From Pseudovirgaria hyperparasitica (lineage: Eukaryota): DNA of 64,000 bases. Below are positions 12,953 through 26,000 of the stretch, one piece after another. A program made the translations under genes and the position numbers. How positions within the stretch are numbered: the stretch's first letter is position 1; every line of letters begins with the position of its first letter. Below the pieces are notes generated by a model. That model worked only from the letters and a program-made list of their open reading frames with translations. It was not told where the DNA came from and searched no databases. The stretch lies in NCBI GenBank assembly GCA_010093815.1, contig ML996580.1. One strand, 5' to 3'.

Positions 12953-13763
12953 TCATTCTACGATGTGATTGTCGAAGGCAGCGGCTTTTCCAGACACGAG
13001 TAGGCCTATGATGAGACCAAAGAGACCGAGAACGGAGCTAAAAATCTCAATAACCAGGACTTTGACAAATCTGAAATGATGTTAGTGTTCTTCTAACGTG
13101 CTGGGAGGTCTGAGCTTATACAAGCTTGGGTCTGCGGCATCAGCAAGAGCCGCACTACTGCCATTGATACCAACGGACACGCCGCAGATGAGGTTACACA
13201 TTCCGACGGTGATACCTGCCCAGAATAGAGCAAAGCCAGTGTAATAGTTTCCCGCCGAATATAGGCTATCCCCTTCCACGGGAACCAGCTTTTGTGAAAA
13301 AACAATTGACATTATGACGCCGTAGATCGCAACGACTTCGCAGAAGATGATGGAAATCAGGTTTTTCGTTCGTATTCGCGGTGCCTTGACACCTCCTCCG
13401 ACGATCGATGAACCGGTTATAAAAATTCCCCTTCGAGTAAGTTAAGATAATTCTATGTGAGCTGCGAGGTGACATACCATGCAGCACCGACTACCGACAA
13501 TCCTATGCACAAGCCAATACCCATGTCTGCCCATAGGTAGGGGGATACGCTTTCGAGAAAGGCTCCAACCTGTAAGAAATTCTTCAGCGTCTGACTTAGA
13601 GACGTAACATATATGGCATACGTTGAAAGCCTCGCCTTCTCCATTGAAGAGCATGTCTAGCTTCTGTTAGCTGTCGGGCTTCTCATCCAGGGCAGAGTGA
13701 CTCACAAAGCCCCACGACAGTAAGGGCAGCAGTGATGCCACCAGCTGTATAGTAGAGACCCAT
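12953..13763 (-). CDS. VMA16: V-ATPase proteolipid subunit c''
   Basis: Exons [62 protein letters not shown] and [27 protein letters not shown] 13763, stop 12953. Confidence 0.92.
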
Positions 13764-14040
13764 TGTTGGCTCTTCCGTTCTCGAATGGTGTGATGGTGAC
13801 TATATGTAATGAGAGACAGGAAGTTTCAATCTACTGCATCGGCGACGGCCTGGCAGTTAGCTTGACTGGGTCGCACATGCATACGGATTAGCGTTGCTTA
13901 GTAACATTGCTTAACCGTCCGGGCACCCCCATGCCTGATCGCTCTCTCAGACTCTCGCCAGGTGCCTATTATCATTCCGGCTCGCCATCTTCACCCAACG
14001 CACGTCGAATCACACCTAAAGATCCACCACCAACTCGAAG

Positions 14041-14501
14041 ATGTCCGCCGATAAACAATATTATGAACTCTATCGTCGAAGCAGGTACGGCTTTTTGATC
14101 CCAGCTCTGCGTACGTCATGTGAGCATGTCGTTAACATCGTGATATAGCGTCGGAACCACCCTCACCGATACGCTTGATCAACTCATTAGCGAGCAGCGC
14201 CTTGAGCCTCAACTTGCTATGAAGATTATTGCAAACTTTGATAAGGCCATTGCTGACGTCATCGCGGACAAGGTCAAGACACGCCTGACTTTCAAGGTGC
14301 GCATGGCTCTATTGAACATATTCCGTGCTACGGCTAATGATGACATGAACATAGGGACATCTTGATACCTACCGCTTCTGTGACGATGTATGGACTTTTA
14401 TCATCAAAGATATCAACTTCAAGTTAGACAACACGAACCCTCTACAAGCTGATAAAGTTCGCATCGTGAGTTGCAGCAGCAAGAAGCCAGGCGAGGCGTA
14501 A
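14041..14501 (+). CDS. TOA2: transcription initiation factor IIA small (gamma) subunit; not in the ORF track because its exons are short
   Basis: Three exons: [87 protein letters not shown]; canonical GT-AG introns. Confidence 0.93.
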
Positions 14502-15166
14502 GAGACTCTGGTCACCCAAATGCTTTCAACCCCACCCTGTTCACTTCTGCGCATGCGCAGTTTCAAGACCTTCAGTCTATCCTCTGCTCTGCTTAGAGTG
14601 GCAAATGACCGATGAAGGATGCCAGATCTGAACGCAAATTATGCACAGCAAGAAACCTGGACCCGAAAAGACATCCTGGGCAATCGTATAACACGCATCA
14701 TTCCACTAACGTGAAGTCAGTTTATCTACATCAGCTTCCGACCAGTCTCTTATCGATGCCCTAGCCTATAATCGATGAAGTCTTTGACTTCCCGGACAAC
14801 ACCACGGTCCCTTTTCCAACGTCCCATGCAAACCTATAGGGCGGATTCTTTTTTTCAAAAGAGGCCCATATTTGTGCTGTTAAAACTATAGTCTGAACGA
14901 TATGGCTTCTAGCACAGAGCAACGCTCTTCCTAAGGCGCTCAACTGTATGGCGATGAGAACATGTGGACCTCATCTAAATGGACTTAGATGCTGGTACGC
15001 CGAGTTTGTCTTTTGACGCTCAATAAGGTTGCTGATGAGATTTGGCCTTGGGAAGCAGCGGAACATTGGTTATATGGCATGCAGATTTCCGCGAATGAAA
15101 TTACACATTTACAGCTTATCAAGTAGAGTAGCAGGCTTGACATAAGGCCGTACAGATGATATGCTA

Positions 15167-15853
15167 TTATAGCCGCTTCTTCTCCGTCGAATTACGTGTG
15201 CTGTTCGTAGTAGTACTAGTTATCCTTCTCGTATCCTCGGGAGCCGTACTGATCTGTGTTTTATCTGCAAGATCATATTAGCAGTGTAGACTCAATGACC
15301 TCAAGTAGATGAGCGATTCACTGGTTGTAGTGGAGTTACATTCAGCTCTCTTTTTACTCTCATCATTGGCCACATCTCTTATTCCAATAATCACACTCCC
15401 CGCGACCAGCATTGCTGCGCCCACCCACCATAATGGCGGCAAAGCCTCCGTAAACACAATCCGGCCCAGCAACGCCGTAAGTAGAAAGTTGGAACACGTA
15501 TTGATAACAGTGACCTGTACCGTGGAGTTCGCCAGAGTGAGCGCACGCGTGAACAAGCCCCACATCACTCCATTGAAGACAGTGTTAAGCGCAAGGAATA
15601 GACCGCGTACAAGTAATTCGGTCACTTTGGGGGAAATCGGAATGGACATATTGTTCACGAATGTGGATATATAGAATGCCCATGTTGAGGTCAGATTGGT
15701 GGTCGTTCTAAACATGTCAGATCGTGGGAGCATGATGTGTGAGTGACCATACAATTTTGCGAATACGCCATTGACTGCCGCAAAAGCACCGCTGGCGATG
15801 GCGACGGGGAGCCAACCGTATCTGGACGAGGACTTGGAAACTTTACGTGACAT
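15167..15853 (-). CDS. TMEM42-like / EamA-type small membrane protein
   Basis: AIASGAFAAVNGVFAKL, NGVMWGLFTRALT, STVQVTVINTCSNFLLTALLG..FTEALPPLWWVGAAMLVAGSVIIG. The last exon (about 15265-15167) is inferred. Confidence 0.72.
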
Positions 15854-16165
15854 TGTTGCCGTATGGAACGATCATACGTATCAGGTGGATATCTATACAT
15901 TTGACGCGTCGGCTAAATTGGGCCTAGCGTGCGTTGGAAGGGCCTTCATTACCATGGCATGTGATTCGATTATGACAGTCTTACTTCAAAGGCATCCGAA
16001 TTAACTATATCATACAGTACTGTCAAATGCTGTACTTGCTACCAAGTTCTGAACTTTGGCTTTGTGTGTATTGGACAAGCTAGGCAATCCTGAAATCCAG
16101 GGGATAGTATTCCCATCATTTGAAACAAAGATACCCTGACACTTTGTATCTTCTTCCATGGTGTG

Positions 16166-16201
16166 TGATTCTGTGCCACTTGATTCTGTGCCACTTGATT
16201 C
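16166..16201. repeat. 15-bp tandem repeat (TGATTCTGTGCCACT) x2.4
   Basis: Read directly from the sequence, between the TMEM42-like gene and POP5. Confidence 0.8.
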
Positions 16202-16370
16202 AAGTCCGATCGCCAAGTACTGACTTTCGTTTCATTCCGGGCTTATGTTACTCGTAGCTGCGATAAGTGGCTTCTTTCGTTTATTGCAGTAGTTGCTTGG
16301 TGTGTCAATTTGTCTCAAAATGTTGTCTATCAACGCAATGTGCATGTTGACGCCTGGGCTTCGCACAATA

Positions 16371-17019
16371 TCATCGTTCGATTTTCTCGCCGACGTCCTC
16401 CATCTCATCGTCCTCTTCATTTGTATCATCGTCCTCGATACCTTCGCTGTCTTGCAATCGTGGGGTTGGTTGATTAACGACCTGCTGTAGTTGGGCACCT
16501 GCGTCTCTGCCTATGAGCTTTGCAGCAGTCTGAGCCTTCATAATCGTTTCCTTTGCCCGCCGAATAACTTCGTCCTCGGATTTCCTGATAGTTCCTGATA
16601 CACGCACAACACGTATTACACATTGCTGGCTGACCGGTGCTGGAAGCTTAGTAATGAATGAAAGTGCACCCCAGACGAGACGATAATGATTTCGCGGGGC
16701 TCGTATGATCGCAGTCGAGGTTGCGGCGGAAAGGTAATTCACTAGAACCACATTAGTAGGTGTGGATATGGCCTATAGATATGGCCTATGCAGCAAAGTA
16801 TTCACCCTTCAAGCCGCTACCGACTGCTCCAGCGCCATATTCGCCATACATTTCGAGGATGCCATCTCGAATCAGTCTTATCAAGAACTGCGGTGTCAAA
16901 GCGTCAGAACTTGGTTGTTGGAAATATACCACATCTGGAAGCGGTTCTTTTGCTGACGCCTTTGAAGGTGTAGGGTACAAAAAATTGATAAGCAGATATC
17001 TGTTCTTGATGCGAACCAT
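16371..17019 (-). CDS. POP5: RNase P/MRP subunit Pop5
   Basis: MVRIKNRYLL..MYGEYGAGAV; intron; VNYLSAATSTAIIRAPRNHYRLVWGALSFIT..VVRVSGTIRKSE. Confidence 0.9.
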
Positions 17020-17512
17020 ATTGTGTTCGTGCGGGCCAGGTTACATTTCTCTGTCAGCAGTCATTTCAGAAGGATACATTCTATAGTAGTACCGCTTCTA
17101 GTTGATGAGATATTGTGTAACACTCATGTGCAATCCCACACGCGTAGTTTGCTTAGCTCTGAACTTCACGCGAACAGGCTCGGGCTGACTTGACTTGCGT
17201 CTATACCTGATACCCACCCAACCCACCCAGGTTAGTGCCTTGGCTGATGCGGGAGGCGCCTCCAACTGGCTTCTTGGCTGCAGACCGGAGACTGAGAAGG
17301 TACGGCCGCAGGTGGGAATCCGCACATCTCTTTACTGGCCACCCACTCTAAGTGGCCTAAACATGATTTACCTATGATTGAGATTATCATCAGTCTCTCA
17401 CACTCTTTTGTCTATACTCCTATCAGACGAGACTCTCGAACACGCGCGCGCTCACCTCCTGAGAGCCGACTAGGACGATCGTCGTTGCGTACTACATACT
17501 ACGGCTCCGAAG

Positions 17513-19324
17513 ATGCAGCTCGACCGTTCCGGTATTCGTTCGATTAGATGCGGAGCAGGACGTGGGCTCTTGGTGCTCCCAACATGCCTTTTCATGACTC
17601 TAGCTTTAGCTCTGTCGAGCCCGGAAGCTTTACACCTGGGTCAGAGACAGGTCCCGATAGATAAATTAGACCAGGCTGCAGCGACGAAGCTAAAGGAAGC
17701 ATGTCCGGACTATACACTGTATGCGAGGCATAGACAGTAAGAGTCTCTAGGGAACTTTTAGTGGGCTCATATTTTAATATATATCAGTGCACCTTATAGC
17801 GAAGGTCCGATGGAGATACCATTTCAGCGCCCCCATGAGCATTGCCGGACATTCGTCTCCCCGCTTGTAGAAGAAGTGATAGAGTATATGAATGAGAACA
17901 TGAAGGACAAGGATTTGGCACGAATATTTGAGAATGCGTTTCCGAACACGTTAGATACCACGGTCCGCTGGCACGTTGATGGAACGGAACAAAAGAAGAA
18001 GACATGGGGACTACGAGCAACTTATGGAGATGACGAATGGCAGGGACCGCAAAGCTTCATTGTGACCGGCGACATCAACGCGGAATGGTTACGCGACTCT
18101 ACGAACCAGCTCGCTCAATACCAAAGCCTAGCGAAGAAAGACCAGAAGATTAAGACTTTGATATTGGGGGCTATCAATACACAGATAGAGTACGTTATTG
18201 GGTCACCGTACTGCAATGCCTTTCAACCGCCTGCTCCGAGTAAACTCAAAGTCACGCATAACGGGGAAGGTGATAGTGTACATCCTGCTTACGAGCCTTC
18301 GTTTGTTTTTGAATGCAAGTATGAGCTTGACTCGCTTGCAAACTTTTTGTCGCTCGCGAATCAATATTACAGCCACACTGGATCTACGGATTTCATGACA
18401 CATCGTTGGTACAAAGCACTCGAGACCGTGCTGGAGGTCTTAGAAGCTCAATCACAAGGCTCTTTTGATGAAAACGGGAAATATCACCGAAACATGTATA
18501 CATTCAATCGCCACACCGATAGCGGCACCGAAACTCTTTCACTAAGCGGCATGGGGAATCCATTGAATAATGGCACTGGCCTTGTTCGCAGCGCTTTCCG
18601 TCCGAGCGACGATGCAACCATCTTAGGCTTCCTCATTCCCGCAAACGCCATGATGTCTGTCGAATTAAAACGCACAGCTGACATACTACGCAAGGTCAGC
18701 CGTAACAAGCTGGCAAAAAGAATGGAACTTCGCGCCGACCTCATCAGGGCGGGAATTATGGAGCACGGAGTGGTCACCCATAAAGGATATGGAAAGGTGT
18801 TTGCATTCGAGGTTGATGGATATGGAGGCCAAATCCTGATGGACGATGCGAACATACCGTCCTTGCTAGCATTGCCTATTCTTGGTTTTGTGGATGCTAA
18901 GGACGAAATCTATCAGAACACGCGTAAGATGATACTCGAAAAGCAGGGTAACCCATTTTACCTCACAGGGGAAGATTTTCATGGGATCGGGGGACCGCAC
19001 ATTGGCTTGCAACATGCCTGGCCCATGAGTGTGCTCGTACAAGCGATGACTAGTGACGATGACGGTGAGATCAGTAAGAGTCTTAATCTGGTGAAGAGTG
19101 TTACGCAGTTAGGTCTGATTCATGAGAGTGTCCGTGTCGACATGTCTAGAGATTACACCAGTAAGTCACTTAACGCCCTCACAACCTTATTGTAGCTAAT
19201 GTGAGGCTCAGGAAGCTGGTTTGCTTGGGCCAACTCTGTCTTCGCTCAGACAATCCTTGATCTTGCAAGGAGAAAACCTCACATCGTCTTTGGTGAAGGA
19301 GCCATACCTTACAGTCCGGAGTAG
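17513..19324 (+). CDS. GH125 exo-alpha-1,6-mannosidase-like glycoside hydrolase (probably secreted)
   Basis: Hydrophobic N-terminus; FENAFPNTLDTT, VTGDINAEWLRDS, FECKYELDSLA, SAFRPSDDA, MDDANIPSLL, GIGGPHIG..AWPMS, LIHES; last exon SWFAWANSVF ends at TAG 19324. Confidence 0.9.
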
Positions 19325-19630
19325 CATCTCTACTCATTACAAGGATGCGGCCCTATTATACCCATAACCTATGATAATACATTTTTATAATAGTAAAACT
19401 CTGCACGGCGAATTCTGATCGAACTGGTGAGAGCTCCTAGGCGTGTAGTTGGTAAGGCACGTAAGGCACGCAGGGCCGAGCTAGTACCTACAGTACTGCC
19501 CAGATCCTCGGGACCACCCGTACCGAATGTTCTTTTGACGTCAGCTTGCTCGAACCCTACTTAGAACTTAGTTACATGGGTGTCCACGCTATCTCGGCAA
19601 TCGACAAAGGGCTGCCAACTTTCTTCGCCA

Positions 19631-21447
19631 ATGACCCCGCATCATGTCGGACCGCGTCTCGATCGCAACTCATTGTCCCTCTCGGACGACGAGCATGGAT
19701 CAACCTTTCAAATGCGGAGTTATGGTGGCCCAGGCAGCAGGATGGGCCGCGTGCTAAGAGACCTAGATGTAGACGAGGATGTCGACCAAGATGAGGACGC
19801 AGGTCTACTGAGCCGCTCAACAAGAGCCCGACGATGCAGCGTACAGAGCTTCATGTTGTATAAACCTGATGAAGAGAGAGCTGTAAAAAGGAAACTAGAC
19901 CGCAGAGTCGTAGGATTGATGTTTCTCCTCTACCTACTAAGCTTCGTAGATCGAAGCAACATCGGTAATGCGAAGATCGCCGGACTAGCACGGGACCTAA
20001 ACTTAGGCAAGGGACAATATGAATGGTTGCTGACATAGTTCTACGTGAGTTACATTGCGTTCGGATGGATGACCTTGTTGTTGTACGTGACCCGTCTCTT
20101 CATGAGCGCCTTATTGCAGAGCACTAAATCATGGGAGTGTGTCTTTATAGATACCGTATCATTCCCGCCCATATCTACATATCGCTCTGTGTCCTCTCTT
20201 GGGGCATCCTAGCTTCATTACAATCGGTCTCAATCTCATTTACATCGCTCCTCATTCTTCGCTTTCTACTCGGCGTGTCGGAAGCGGCTTTCGGGCCTGG
20301 CGTTCCTTACTACCTGTAAGTCTCCATGACACGGTCGCCCAGGTGACGTACTAACATCAGATAAAGGTCATTTTTCTACCGTCGGGACGAATTGGCTTTT
20401 CGTACCGGCCTGTTCATCTCAGCGGCACCTCTAGCCAGTTCCTTTACGAGTAGTCTAGCCTGGCTCATTACTGAATTCGCTGAGGGCGGCCCTATCGCTC
20501 CGTGGAGGTTGTTATTCCTAGCTGAAGGGTTTCCAAGTGTGGTAGCTGCAATTGTAGCTTGGGAATGTGTGCCCGATGGGCTGGATACGGCGATGTTCTT
20601 GAATCATAGAGAGCGCGAAGTAGCCATGCTGCGTGTGCAAGAGCAGAATGAAGATGCAGACGAGAAGGGTGCAAAGCATGAAAATAAGTATTCGGATAAC
20701 TATAGGCGAGGGAAACTGATTTGGAGAGAGATTGGAAGCGCGCTTGCGGATCCAAAAACCTATACGACTGCGGTATGCCTCACACGCCCATTTATAGGGC
20801 CAAGATAGAGTCTGACTTGCGTACAGGTCATGTTTTTTTCGGCAAATGTTGCTTTTTCCTCCATGCCAGTATTTCTGCCAACAATAATTCGAGAAATGGG
20901 ACACACAACTTTTGCGTCTCAAGCGCTCTCCGCGCCGCCATACCTCCTCTCTTTTGTTACCGTCCTTCTTACCGCCCACCTCTCTGACAAGCACCGTCTG
21001 CGTTCGCCTTATATACTCTTGCACTCCTTGTTAGCTGCTTCGGGGTATCTGCTGATTGCGTTGGCGGGTCATTTCCACTGGGCACCAACCCTGCGATACA
21101 TCGGTGTTTATCCTGCATGCGTGGGTTTCTTCAGTGTTATAACATTGATCATCACATGGACGCTAAACAATCAACAAGGCGAGTCAGCTAAAGGTACAGG
21201 AATGGTGATCCTAGGGCTCATAGGACGATGTGGGCCACTATTAGGCATAAGACTATACCCCAAAGCGGAAGGCCCGGAGTATGTGAAGGGAATGAGCATA
21301 TGTGCTGTATTCATGGCTGGTGTTGGGATACTCGCCGTCTGTCTGGCTCTTGCATTGAGGAGCTCTAACTTGCGAGCACAGAAACAATGGGCTCAAGATG
21401 GAGGACAGCAAAGTGGAAGGAGACAACCATTTACATTCATTCTGTGA
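19631..21447 (+). pseudogene. MFS anion:cation symporter (allantoate/nicotinate permease-like) with one in-frame TAG at 20036-20038
   Basis: RKLDRRVV..LSFVDRSNIGNAKIAG..QYEWLLT*FYVSYIAFGWM, LRFLLGVSEAAFGPGVPYYL, SFFYRRDELAFRTGLFISAAP, APWRLLFLAEGFP, QALSAPPYL. Three canonical introns; no other disruption seen. Confidence 0.75.
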
Positions 21448-21490
21448 GACTAAAGATAGCAACGTTGACCATAGGCACACTCACAGTCTC

Positions 21491-22475
21491 TCATTGAGCT
21501 TCCTTTGCGGCAGTGTTCTTAGCATATTGTTCGAAGCTGATAAGCGGTCCAAGGCCATGCTTTTCGAGAAGTTGGTTTCCTTTGGCGATTGCGTCAACAG
21601 GCTCGCCTACGTAGTAACCACCAACATCTGGGCGGATAAGTTTCATATTGCCGCTCAACTCTTCGCGGACGGACTCCGGCAGGTAACTTGCGAAGAGCTC
21701 GGCTGAGAGCTCATTGGCCACGGCTTTGCGTCCTGTTCCAGCTTCATATTGTTTCGCTGCCTCCGCAAACTCTAGCTCAGTCGACGCAGCGACACGTTCA
21801 CCTGTCGGTCCTTCGAGTAGCATCGCAGCGATGAAAGCCCCAGAGTCAACATCAGAAGCGATGGTTGGGATCTTCGTGGTAGTGGGAAAAGGCAGATTCA
21901 AGGCATATACACCGTCGGGTCCTGGTCGAAACATACTGTACAGACTGGAAAGAAACATTCCCGGCATGTAGAATGATGCTGGAATGTTCAGACTGCGGAT
22001 ATACTCTTCAACAACAGCCTTACTATCGAAGTGCTTGACAGAGGTTATAACGCCATCAGTGGCTTTGGAGACGTACACCAGAGACGACCAGATCAAATGA
22101 TCGACACCGGCATCTTTAGCGGAGTCGGCAATGGACTTTCCTTGGGTGACTTCATCGTCGTAGGAGAGTTTGGCCCAGACTGGAGGTCATTAATTTTTGC
22201 CGCCTTCTTTCGCAAGTTTGCAGCTTACAGTCTGTGACTCCGAATACAGCAGACGAGCCTCTGATGGCTTTTCTTACGGACTTGGGGTCGTCTAAGTCGG
22301 CTTCGAAGATCTCACAGCCCCTTGTTTTGAGATACTGGGCGGCTGGCTTACTGGCATCACGAGTGATGGCTCGAATCGTGTATATGGAGGAGAGCTTGGG
22401 GTGGGCGAGGATGTGCTTGATTACTGACCCTCCCTGGTTGCCAGTGGCACCGAAGACAGTGAGAACTTTAGACAT
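21491..22475 (-). CDS. NmrA-like (HSCARG-type) atypical SDR protein
   Basis: LTVFGATGNQGGSV, IRAITRD, VFGVT; intron; IWSSL..VKHFDSKAVVEEYIRSLNIPASFYMPGMF. Confidence 0.9.
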
Positions 22476-23048
22476 TCTAGCTCGGTTCGGTGATATATAA
22501 TGTGGAAGATATTGTGGGCAATCAGATCGCGAGAATGGCGCAGTATTGTTGAGGAAATGTGAGAAATGAAGTTAGGCACTAATCTTTGGGAAGTTCGAGT
22601 GGAGAAGAAAATGTCCAGCCATATTTATACATCTTAATCACAAGATACACATGTAATGAGATAACACGCGTCAGAGCCTAGAGCTGACATCAATAAATCA
22701 TTTGCCGAAGGCTCACACCCCGGGGATAAATATTTGCCAAATTGAGTAACTCTCAAAGTCCATACATGGAGAGTTGGTCAGCAGTTCGCGAGCGGCGCTG
22801 AGAACCTCGGGATGTTGCCGATCTACCGACTCTTGATAAATTAGGAAAGCTTGGCGTTTCGGTCTCAACCTCATAACACCGGTCTCAATATCATAATCCG
22901 TTTCAACATTTCTTCGCTGATCTAGTTACGCCTGTGCTTGCCTCCCTCGTACGTCTCCTTGAGTGACGAATTACAAGATATAGCACAATATTTGGTCATG
23001 CTGTGCCATCAATAGCGCAAGGTGAGCCGCGCTTCCGCTTGAGGCGAA

Positions 23049-26000
23049 ATGGAGTCCTCGAAAGCAAATCAACCTCCGCTACTTGTCTCCAACAAGGAGG
23101 TGACTTCTTCGCACTCTGCTATCCTTGATCCACAGGATCGACGTTCAACGACTAATGGCAGCCATCCCGAGCAGCATTCCAGACCTTCCCTAGAGCCAGT
23201 CAGCAGCTCAAGGAGTTTGCACCAAAAGCCGGACCGAGATAGGGAAACAAAGCGTCAATCAGATGCAACTAGTCTGAAGATCGAAGGTGACGAAGAAGAA
23301 CCGGCTGAACCTCAGTCCTTCCAAAGATCGTCAAGTCCAGCAGCTCTGAATCGTAACAAAGGCGCCACCTATGAAAATGTCCGTGACGGAGGGATCAATA
23401 AAATGCAGCGGTTCTCCTTGTACGAGACCAGTTCCAGATTTTATCTTGTTGGCGGGGATGTTATGGACAAACATTTTAGAGTATTGAAGGTTGATCGTAC
23501 TGCGCCGCCGGGACAGTTGCAGATTACCGAAGACGACATAGTTTACGACAAACGAGAAATGAACCAGCTACTCAATGCTATCGATGATGGTAACAAAGGA
23601 AGTGGAGGACTGAAGTTGAAGTGTAGTTCTTGGGGCATTTTGGGATTTATTCGATTCACTGAGGCCTATTACATGCTCCTCATCACGAAACGAACGCAAG
23701 TTGCCATCATTGGAGGTCATTACATTTATCGAGTTGATGGTACTGATCTGGTACCACTGACCACTGGTTCTACATCTCGCTTCCAAAGCAACAGGAACCC
23801 AGAAGAGGCGCGATTCCTAGGCATCCTCAATAATTTGGACCTCACGAAAGGATTCTATTTTAGCTATTCGTACAACATCACGCGCACACTCCAGGACAAT
23901 ATCATGCGAGAGCGTAACGCTATCAAAGATGGCAAGCGGCGTGCTAAACGAGACTTCAACGACATGTTTGTTTGGAACAACTACCTTCTTGCGCCTGCGT
24001 TTGGAGCTGTCAAGAACCTTTATGACTGGTGCTTTCCGATCACACATGGGTTTGTGGACCAGTCTTCCTTGGATGTCTTTGGACGTCGCATCCACATAAC
24101 CATAATCGCTCGAAGATCGCGATTTTTCGCTGGTGCACGTTTTCTCAAACGAGGTGCTAATGATTTAGGATATGTTGCAAACGACGTTGAAACAGAGCAG
24201 ATCATATCAGAAGTGTTGACAACTTCGTTCCATGCTCCAGGACCTCGTCTATATGCAAACCCTACATACACATCGTATGTACAGCATCGTGGCAGCATTC
24301 CTTTGTATTGGTCACAGGATAATACTGGTGTGACGCCGAAACCCGACATTACCCTGAATATGATTGATCCATTCTATAGTGCTGCAGCACTTCATTTCGA
24401 TAATCTATTTGAAAGATACGGAGCTCCTGTCTATGCACTCAATCTCATCAAAGCACGCGAGCGAACTCCTCGAGAATCTAAGCTCTTATATGAGTATCAG
24501 AATGCGATCGCGTATCTCAATCAGACGCTGCCAGAGGACAAAAAGATCATGTATGAAGCTTTCGATATGAGCAGAGCCTCCAAGACGCGTGGACAAGATG
24601 TTATTGGTACACTCGAAATCCTTGCAGAGAGGGTCCTAGACAAGACAGGCTTCTTTCACAACGGCGATAACGATCTACACACATCCAAGATTCAGAACGG
24701 AGTAGCCAGAACAAATTGTATCGACTGCTTAGATCGAACAAACGCAGCACAGTTCGTGATTGGCAAGCGCGCACTCGGTAGACAACTGCAGGCTCTTGGG
24801 GTAATCAGTGGTAGCACTGTGGAGTACGACTCTGACTGCGTCAACATATTCACTCACATGTTTCATGACCATGGTGACACCATTGCAATTCAATACGGAG
24901 GCTCTCATCTGGTGAACACCATGGCGACCTATCGGAAGCTCAACCATTGGCAAAGTCATTCCCGCGATCTGGTCGAAAGTTTCAAGCGCTACTACCACAA
25001 TTCGTTCCTCGACTCACAGCGCCAAGAAGCGTACAACCTGTTCCTTGGCCATTACATATTCTCGCAAGGGCAGCCTTTCTTGTGGGATCTAACCACTGAT
25101 TACTACTTACATCATACACATCCACGATCATGGTCAAACAAGCGCAGAAGTTATATTCAGTGGTACACACCGGGCTACCTTGAACCTCGTACTATGCCTG
25201 AGATCGAGGGACCAGCGCCAAAGTATCATGACAAGAATTTGTCATTCTTCGATGACTACTGGATGGAATACTACCGCCCTTTAGCAATATCATCATTCTT
25301 GAAGATTTTCCAGTTTCGTATGAACTCAACGATCAACTATCTTCCCGAGAAGATTGACGGCCAGTATGACCTAAGCCCGTTCCACCCCCGTAAGCTACCT
25401 CCCGGTGAAACATCTCGCGAGCGAGAAAAGAAAGTCCGAAAAGGGGTGACTATCGTTGATCCGAACAGCGATCCGGAGAAACGTACCTCGACCTTGCCCT
25501 ATTCTCCTAGATATCAGCCATCGCCCGTAAAACAAACAAGCATTTTACGCAGTGAGTCGGGAACATATGGCCTGCCACTTTTGACGACGTCTTGGCCTAA
25601 TACCGGCACATCTACATCCGGGTCCGTCCCATCAGCACGAAATTCTCTACTTCTAGCGGACAAGAACGCGATGTCACAGTGGACACTGAATCAACTAATG
25701 CACCATTCTCTGCATCCGTCAGTAACTCCTGCTGAAGAAGAGGAGTACGAACACTACGTGTCGCATCCCTTGAATCTTCCACTTGTTACCTCATATCCAA
25801 CCCCAGATGATTACGCTACCAATCAAGACTTTGTCGACTACGTTACCAGTTATCTGCCTACATCCGAGACTTACCAACCGCAAAGTTCGGAGATACCTTA
25901 CACCGAGCTACAATCCGTTTTTGGTCTTGAGGATATAGTCGAAGGAGTCCAGAGTCATACCCACAGCCGCAGTGTCTTCCCGACAACTTCCGAACACGAC

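Noticed and set aside
19965..20038. Intron (GTAATG..CTGACATAG) that would remove the premature TAG in the MFS gene
   Set aside because: It would delete the conserved GNAKIAG..QYEW segment and shift the frame, and the branch-to-AG distance is too short.
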